Assembly: GCA_951406725.2 (NCBI GenBank)
Contig: OX597821.1
Span: 50,096,001-50,160,000 of the forward strand
Direction of reading: 5' to 3'
Length of the DNA stretch: 64,000 nucleotides
Source: Octopus vulgaris
Lineage: Eukaryota
Shown here: positions 55,930-64,000 of the stretch, piece by piece
Position numbering within the stretch: the first letter of the stretch is position 1
How the letters are laid out: every line of letters starts with the position of its first letter
Notes under the pieces: generated by a model
Databases searched by the model: none
Seen by the model: the letters and a program-made list of their open reading frames with translations, nothing else
Told to the model about the DNA's origin: nothing
Program-made: the position numbers and the translations under genes

Positions 55930-57186
55930 GGGGTAGGAAAAGATAATGGAAACACCTTCAAATTTCAAACAAATTCATTTTGATATTGAGTAGGAACACC
56001 TTTGACAGTAAATACAGTTTGAATTCTTCGAGGTATGGACTCGTACAAAGTTTTAATTGTTTCCAAATGAATTTCTGTCCATTCTTCAGCTAAGACAGTG
56101 TCCAGCTCTTGTAGTGATGATGATGGTGGATATCGACTCCATAATCATTTTTCTGAAATGCACCATAAATGTTCAATAATATTGTGATCTGGAGACTGTT
56201 GTGGCCAGATAAGCTGTTCAATTTTACTAGAATGTTCCTCGTGCCATTCAGTAACAACTTTATCTGTGTGAATTGGAGCATTATCATCCTGAAAGATTGC
56301 GTTTCCCCCCAGAAACAGTTCTGCAACCATAGGATGAATATGATCAGATAAAATGCTTAAATAGTCTTGACTATTAATTCTGCCATGAAGGAAAACCATT
56401 GGGCCGGCGGATTTCCAAGATATAGCCCCTCAGATCATCACAAAGCCTCCCCCATGTTTAACAGTTGGAAGAAGGCGGTCTGGGTTAAATGCTTCTTTTG
56501 GCTGTCTCCACACATTTACTCAGCTGGTTGTCGGAAATAAGGTAAAGGATGACTCGTCCGAGAAAATAACATTCTTTCACTGCTCTAGGGACCAATTCTG
56601 TAGGTTTTTGCTCCACTCTAAACGCTTTGCAACTTTTATTTTTGAAAGTAGTTGTCTTCTATTTGCAGCTGCTTCCCGTCCCCCACCGTGAAATCTGGCT
56701 TTGTGCAGCTCCCAGCGAACAGTTTTTGTGAAAACATGTTCTCCAGGTTGTCATTAATCTCTGCTGTAATTATGAGAGCTGTATTTTTGTGATCCTTTCT
56801 AACAAATCGTGTAAGAGTTCAACAGTCCCTATCTGAAAGTTTGGGTTTTCTTCCGGAGTTTTGTTTCGACGACGAGGTTTTTTTCTCTTTCTCAAAGACT
56901 ATCATTACTTTGGAGACAGTACTTCTTGATACACCAAACATTTCGGTTCTTTTCGTTACGCTAGCACCTACCATTCGAGCACCAACAATTCATTTTAATG
57001 AATTTTAATCACCATTTTCTGATGATATCTGAAAAGAAACAACAATTTTAGCAAAACATATTAAGCAACACTAATAATAAATAAAAAAAAAACATAAAAG
57101 TAAACAAGCATTTTAACGGTTTTATAGATGTTTCAAAATTATGATGCTACGATGCTAGGTGTTTCCATTATTTTGTCCAACCCCTG
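55928..57186 (-). mobile_element. Full-length 1259-bp Tc1-like transposon, DD36E, defective transposase (~56990-55980)
   Basis: TA flanks; 29-bp TIRs caggggtWggaMaaRataatggaaacacc. FSDESSF, KHGGG, QDDNAPIH..SPDHNIIE with 36 residues between D and E. Stops and frameshifts present. Confidence 0.93.
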
Positions 57187-57323
57187 TATATATATATCCT
57201 GGGATACATGCATATATATGCATATATATACACATATAAACAAATATATATAGATACATGTTCATATATACATATGCATATGCATATATACACACACTCA
57301 GACGCACACACACATATATGTGT

Positions 57324-57361
<38 letters not shown>

Positions 57362-57429
57362 TAAATATATGCATATATACATACATATATGTACATACCG
57401 ACATATATGTATATATACATGCATATATG

Positions 57430-57715
57430 AGTAAAAACAAAAACATGAAAAACGAACTTTTTTCGAACAACGAAAAAAAAAACAAACAGAGAAACGAGAC
57501 ATACAACATAAAGAATATTCTCCTTCTCCATCAGTTGTCCCTGTTTAATATACTCCGCGTTACGAAAGCAAGGACAATACGCGACTTCGTTGAAACAATC
57601 CTTCCTGCAAATCAAATTTGGGATTTTTGCGGAGGGTGAAAGTGGTAACAAGAACAGGACAGTGAGAACAAGAGAGTAAAAATAAACGGTGTGGGCTGTT
57701 GAGCCAAGACGCTAA
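57430..57715 (-). mobile_element. Unclassified (TA)n-embedded module, probably PLE-derived
   Basis: caactgatgg..ttctttatgttgtatgtc is related to 16988-17125(+) caactgatgaagggtcgttctttatgtt. Confidence 0.4.
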
Positions 57716-57739
57716 ATATATATATACTTACACATTGTG

Positions 57740-58035
57740 AAGGTACATGGCTCGGGGGTTACAGTGTTGCACTCACGATTGTGAGATCGTTGTTTTTATT
57801 CTCAGATCGGGTATTGCGTTGTGTTCTTGAGTAAAACACTTCATTTGACGTTGCTGTGGTCATTATGTCACCTAACGTGTGCCATGTTGCACGTCATGCA
57901 CCTGGACAGGTAATGTCAATTTGGTGAAGAGAATAATCTTATGTGAACATAAACATTTCATCACTATAAACAAATCATCTGTACGGTTGTTCAGCAAGAA
58001 ATTGCTGAATCCTTACACATCATCTATCGACAAGG
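57740..58035 (+). mobile_element. Old SINE-C-like copy
   Basis: gaaggtacatggctc..gcgttgtgttcttgagtaaaacacttcattt.acgttgct. Confidence 0.65.
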
Positions 58036-58110
58036 AGCGATATACTTACATATATACGTGTCTATGTGTGTATATGTATATACATATATATATACTTACA
58101 TATGTATACG

Positions 58111-58230
<120 letters not shown>

Positions 58231-58245
58231 ATGTATATATATATA

Positions 58246-58615
58246 TATATTTCGGAATGGTCATTTTGCCAGTTTAGCCAATAAAAACACACGCACTATA
58301 TATTTGGTGTTACTTTGCTTCAGTGTTATTTGAATAGAAATACAAAATGGCTGACGGTTAGTAAGGAGAGACATAGATAAGAAAGAAGAAAACAAAGGTC
58401 CACTGATGAGATCACAGGAATGTGACGAAAGAACTCTGGCCGAAATAAGATTAAGATTAATGTAAAAAATAAATAACACTGAAGCAAAGTAACACCAAAT
58501 ATATAGTGCGTGTGTTTTTATTGGTTAAATTGGCAAAATGACCATTCCGAAATATAACAATATCTGTTTCAACACACGACTTCACATAAAAAATCTTGCA
58601 CAACAAATATATAAA
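58246..58615 (+). mobile_element. PLE-like module (family J) with an inverted 5' duplication
   Basis: ~86-bp inverted repeat, 58246-58331 vs 58471-58556, enclosing a hammerhead; (TA)n on both sides. Confidence 0.65.
58397..58441 (+). ncRNA. Type I hammerhead with canonical core
   Basis: ggtcca-CTGATGA-G(a)TCACA-ggaa-TGTGAC-GAAAG-aa-CTC-tggcc. Confidence 0.75.
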
Positions 58616-58636
58616 CGTATATATATATATATATAT

Positions 58637-58844
58637 AACGGGAAGCTTTATGAAGATAAACAAAAGACGAAGGCAGGTGGAATACAAACAAACAATTGTA
58701 TTAGTATGGCGCTCAGGAATATAAATAAAACAAGTCTTTTACGTTTCGAGCCTACGCTCTTCAACAGAAAGATACACAGAAAAGAAACACGGAGAGAAAC
58801 AAGGAGAGAAAAAAATGCGTGCAGAAGCTAGCGAATCAACATGG

Positions 58845-58846
<2 letters not shown>
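58637..58846 (-). mobile_element. Family B module with hammerhead-like motif at 58735-58772
   Basis: tcttt-CTGTTGA-a-GAGC-gtag-GCTC-GAAAC-GTA-aaaga; (TA)n on both sides. Confidence 0.7.
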
Positions 58847-58929
<83 letters not shown>

Positions 58930-58947
58930 CTTATACATATATACATA

Positions 58948-59210
58948 CAGTGGCAGACTGGCCAGGTTTCCAGTTTGCTCGAGGGCAAGTGGGCCCCTGC
59001 GCCATTAGAATCCATATATGGGGACCCATGTTAGTATCTGAGGGGCCTATCCCCTCAAGTTTGAGAATTTTTTTATTCACTCCTAGAAGAATGCATTAAT
59101 TATTTCTGCTTTTAACAAAAAACAATAAGAATTAAATGATAGCATTGTAGTTGCGGGTGGGCCCGCTTAGTTTCCTGGCAACCAATATTTCTAGACCCAG
59201 TCTGCCACTG
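58948..59210. mobile_element. hAT-type MITE
   Basis: 14-bp TIRs cagtggcagactgg; 8-bp TSD tatacata (low-complexity context). Confidence 0.85.
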
Positions 59211-59249
59211 TATACATATATATTACATATACTTACATGTATTGTTTAC

Positions 59250-59288
<39 letters not shown>

Positions 59289-59334
59289 CATACTTTAAAC
59301 AATAGTATCCATATAGCAGTAAGTTATAAGTAGA

Positions 59335-59488
59335 CGTGGGGCTGTGTGGTAAGAAGCTTGCTTCTCAACCACATAGTTCCGGGTTCAGCCTCACCGCATG
59401 GCAGCTTGAGCAAGTGTCTTCTATTATAGCTTCGAGCCGACCAAATCCTCATAGGTGAACTTGGTAGACGGAAACGGCAAGAAGCCCG

Positions 59489-59557
<69 letters not shown>

Positions 59558-59750
59558 TTTGTGTCTATGTTTGTCTTTTACCACCGCATGACAACCGGTG
59601 TTGGTGCGTTTGCAAAAGGAGACCGATAGAATAATAAGTACCAGGCTCGAAAAACGCAAGTGCTGGGGTCGATTCAGTCGATTAAATCCCTTCAAGATGG
59701 CGCCCCAACATGAACGCGGTCAAATGACTGAAACAATTAAAAGATAAAAG
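59335..59750 (+). mobile_element. SINE-B
   Basis: ggctgtgtggtaagaagcttgc..(TG)n..caaatgactgaaac. Confidence 0.88.
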
Positions 59751-60144
59751 ATACATCTAGGACATATCTACGAATTATTTAGATCAGCGTATAGTTTTTC
59801 TGTATTTATGTACACTCACCATTTTTTTTCTTTTCTGAAAACAAAATCAGTCATGCGCGGAATACTTTATTTATATATATCTCTATCAAAGACCTTCACC
59901 TTAACAGCCAATAAAATAGACTATTACCAAGATTGCTAAGTAGATTAAATATTTCCTCACCTTTATTTGTATTTTCTGTTCTTTACAATTTTCAAAGAAA
60001 ATTTATCCCCCACTCTTTCCTTTTGTGTTACAGCTTCTATCCCCCTACATTTCTACGCCAATTATTACTATATATAAGGAAACTTAGATGCTAGTAAACA
60101 CTGTTTTTGAGAAGACAGTAGTGGCTAAACTTCGAAGCAGTCAC

Positions 60145-60197
<53 letters not shown>

Positions 60198-60574
60198 TAC
60201 ATACATACATATGTATGTATGTAGGTATATATGAATATTCATATATTTGTATATGTATATATAAATATATATAAACTTATATATATATATATTCAAATAT
60301 GAATGAGAAGCATTTTGCATATAGTCATAGTGATCGATTTGCTCGCGTCTAGCCTCGTTTTGGATACGAGGTATTAATAAGTCAGAAAGACGACGGAACA
60401 TTAATATCTACCGCTCTTGTAACGGGACCTGTCGTGAGTTGTCTCGCTTGTCCATGAGTTCTAAGATACAGGTATTCTTTTCGCTGAGACAAATTCTTTG
60501 TTGACCAGTGATATTCTTATCGTAGTTTACAAATCCAAGCAGAAAACGTTACTCATCTTTGGACGCCTCCTTTT

Positions 60575-60622
<48 letters not shown>

Positions 60623-61095
60623 TGCACTTATATATTAATGATGTACATAAATACATGGCAGGTATACATAATGCTGAAATACGCATAAAGTAAACACATG
60701 CATGCAAATATATTAATATAACAATTTTTTTAAATGATGAAAACATACAATCAATAAAGAAACAAAAGAAACAGTAAGATGATACATGATTTTATTAAGC
60801 GTTTCTGTTTATTTAGAAACCTACAATGAACAGGTCAGACGTAAACTATAAATTTCACAAGGTACAGCCTTAAAGTTGACACCGCTCCGTTAAACGCAGA
60901 AAATCTCTGTCTCGCTAAATATACCTCTGTAACATTTTTCTCCAATTTTTTTCTCCACAACATCATACCATCAAAGCAATGAGACTGAAAGGTTACATTA
61001 TTATAGCCAATTTTCATGGTTTTTTTCTTCCTTTAAAAAATTCCATATTTTGCGAATGAAAAAAAACTAGATCTGTCAAAACATCCAGCGACGCA

Positions 61096-61154
61096 GCGAT
61101 CACTACTGATGAGCTTTAATTTTAAGCGAAACTAGACTAATATAGTGATCTCGC
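61096..61154 (+). ncRNA. Type I hammerhead, family K
   Basis: gatcacta-CTGATGA-GCTT-taatttt-AAGC-GAAACTAGACTA-ATA-tagtgatc; 8-bp stem I. Confidence 0.7.
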
Positions 61155-61314
61155 TTGCTGTGGGGCGGTTATCTCCCTGTCAGTGTATGGAACTGTACTT
61201 CCTTGTGGCTAAGGAGCTTTTAACTCTTATTTCTAGCGATGTAGATTCTCTAATGCACCTTCAGTCACAATAAGTAACAACTGAATTATATTGCGTATAA
61301 CCGCCTCCGTTATT

Positions 61315-61415
<101 letters not shown>

Positions 61416-61576
61416 CACATATACATACATACGTACGTACGCACGCACGCACATACATATTTCATGTTTCAAAATACATAGAGAGAGCCTGAATGAATGT
61501 TTTAGCTCGAAACTTTGGCCACCCAGCATTGTACACGTTGGTGAATACGCGTGAATATGTATGCATACACACACAT

Positions 61577-61628
<52 letters not shown>

Positions 61629-62985
61629 ACACACACACAGACATATATATATCGAAAATCGATCAAGGTCGGTCATCATTTTTTCAGTCTTCGGAGAAAT
61701 GTCTAAAATTTGCTGTTTATGATTATACCATATGTTACTTATATATATGTGTGTGTGTGTAATTTGTGCACAACATGTATTGCAAAACCTAAGATAAAAG
61801 TTTTAAAGTAGTTACGCTACAGTTTTGAATTCTTTCGCTATGGAACTTTAAACTGATATGAATACATCCTATCTCTTTCTACTCAGAGAAATAAAAGGAA
61901 ATTGTTTCAATATGGTTCACAGTACTTTAACCATTCCTTAGAAGTCAATTCTATTTTTTTCCAATGAGTAGTCAACGAACCAAACATGTCAGGATAATCT
62001 CCTTTATTTTTTGTCTACGAAGAAATTAAAATATATTCACATCCGTTTAATGTTATACAGTAAAAGTTTTAGAGCAATAATTTAACTACTTTAACATATA
62101 TATATATATACATAAATCTACATAATAAACTCTTATATAGAAATTAACCTTATTATATCATAATTGAAAACTTGTTATAATAAATAATAATATATACAAT
62201 TATTTATGATTACGCTAGATGACTAAAGAATAAAAATAACGGATAAGATAATTAAATACATATTCATTCTTATATTATACCCTTTTATAGACATTAAGAT
62301 TATTATATAATAATTGAAAAATTACTATAATTAATAATATATACAATTCTTGATGTTCTCGGTGGATAATTAAAAGATAATTTGTTTCTTTTTGTTAACG
62401 TTTTTTAACAGCTAATATTTTTCAGATGTTCAGTTAGAGTTTCACCAATTTGGATTACCTTGATAATATTGTTACATAAATTTTTGTACATATAATTATT
62501 AATTTTCATAATATTGTGTGTGTATGTGCGTGTATGTGTGTATGTGCGTATATGTGTGTATGCATATGTGTTTGCATATGAATATGTATGTATATATATA
62601 TGAATATGTTAATGCAATTGAAACAATTGTTGGATTTTTAAGGTGTGGTCTAAAATAAAGATATGATTTTCTTCGTACATATTATTGATTCTTGTTAATA
62701 CTCTGAATTTCTGAAAATTCTACAAAAGGATTATTGGATTTACTTGTCATACATGAGGATTTACACGGGATTTGTATGCTATTTACTGGTATCTACTTGT
62801 TGGATATTTAAATTTATTCCTCTATACTGAGTGCTTACTTTTGCTTTCGGTTGTAAATTGCGAATGAGCCACCGTTATTATTTATAATTTTCACTTTTAC
62901 TATTTACTAAATCAGCGTATGATTTCTACGGTAACTCTTATAAACTGACAGGGTGAGCTAGCTTAACCCTAGGCAGCCGGATGAG

Positions 62986-63033
62986 AGCCACTGACGAGCA
63001 TTAATCAAATGCAAAATCACTGGTGATCTGGCT
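62986..63033 (+). ncRNA. Type I hammerhead, family K relative (G12A)
   Basis: agcca-CTGACGA-GCATT..AATGC-AAAATCAC-tg-GTGATC-tggct, at the tip of a long hairpin spanning 62936-63080. Confidence 0.65.
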
Positions 63034-63394
63034 ATGCACTGGATGTTGTAGGGAGCTTGCCTCCCTTGTCAGTTATAAGATAAGTGCTTTCTCGTGGTTA
63101 TGAGTTGTTTTGAGTCCCTTTTCTAGCAATGCTAATTGGTACCCTTAGTCACTTAAGTGACGTCTATACGTCTGCCTTTCGGTTGTAAGTTGCGAATAAG
63201 CCATCTTTATTATATTATATTATATTATATTATATTATATTATATTATATATATATACATACATGCATATATATATATATATATATACGTATACACACAT
63301 ATATGCATATACATATATACATCCATATATATATAGATATATATATACACATACACATATATATGCATATATATATACACGCATATATACATAT

Positions 63395-63525
<131 letters not shown>

Positions 63526-63690
63526 TATATATAGATATATGCATACACACATACATACACACTCACACACTCACACACATGCTCAAAGTGAAAGAGTGAG
63601 TGACGGATTGTGAGTACTTTGGAGGATTAAGTTATATTTGTGCCATTCAGAGGAAGACCAAGCTTAGATTAATAAAACCAAGCAACAGAA

Positions 63691-63718
63691 TTTTTCCTTT
63701 TTTTTTTTTCAGGTAAGA
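63691..63718 (+). promoter_or_regulatory. Candidate recursive splice site (juxtaposed 3' and 5' splice sites)
   Basis: tttttcctttttttttttt-CAG|GTAAGA, with AG at 63711-63712. Confidence 0.3.
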
Positions 63719-64000
63719 AGCTCACAAGCTATGTATTGACTAAAAATAGACATGACGAGTCCTTTATGAGAGTCAAAGGAGCAGTAGATCAGAAATTCAA
63801 ATATTTAACCAAATATCTGGCGGAAATTCTCAAATTATCATTTCTCTCAGATGCAGAATACTTTGTAAGAAGAATGTAGACATTGAAGGAGGTATGGAAA
63901 AATGTGCACTGCTGAGGTACATTCTTCCAAGCCCCTTTTCTGCATGTGCCGTCTGAATGCTATACATTCCACAGTATCGTTACACGTTTAAGAACTTAAT

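Overview
AT-rich, microsatellite-saturated animal DNA. The SINE families and SSR density suggest an octopus (coleoid cephalopod) genome; this is inference, not a database match. No intact host protein-coding gene is visible, and nearly all ORFs in the track are SSR translations, so the window reads as intergenic or deep-intronic. It is a mosaic of mobile elements: three tRNA-derived SINE families; LINE fragments (RTE/BovB-like, L1/Tx1-like, R4/Dong-like piled into (TAA)n); a near-intact DD34E IR/DR Tc1 element; two DD36E Tc1-like copies; two foldback mariner derivatives; a decayed hAT transposase; MITEs; and Helitron-like pieces. The most striking signal is about 20 minimal type I hammerhead-ribozyme-like motifs (CUGANGA...GAAA..NUH). 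They come from roughly ten unrelated short modules sitting in (TA)n tracts. These modules show Penelope-like (PLE) hallmarks: partial tandem repeats, inverted 5' duplications, palindromic stem III, and nearby PLE RT relics. Several carry greatly enlarged stem II or a CCGA core. Other leads are a SINE whose 3' tail matches the Tx1 LINE 3' end, a candidate recursive splice site and a candidate 24-nt microexon. All structures were read by eye, and element boundaries are approximate unless TIRs or TSDs are cited.
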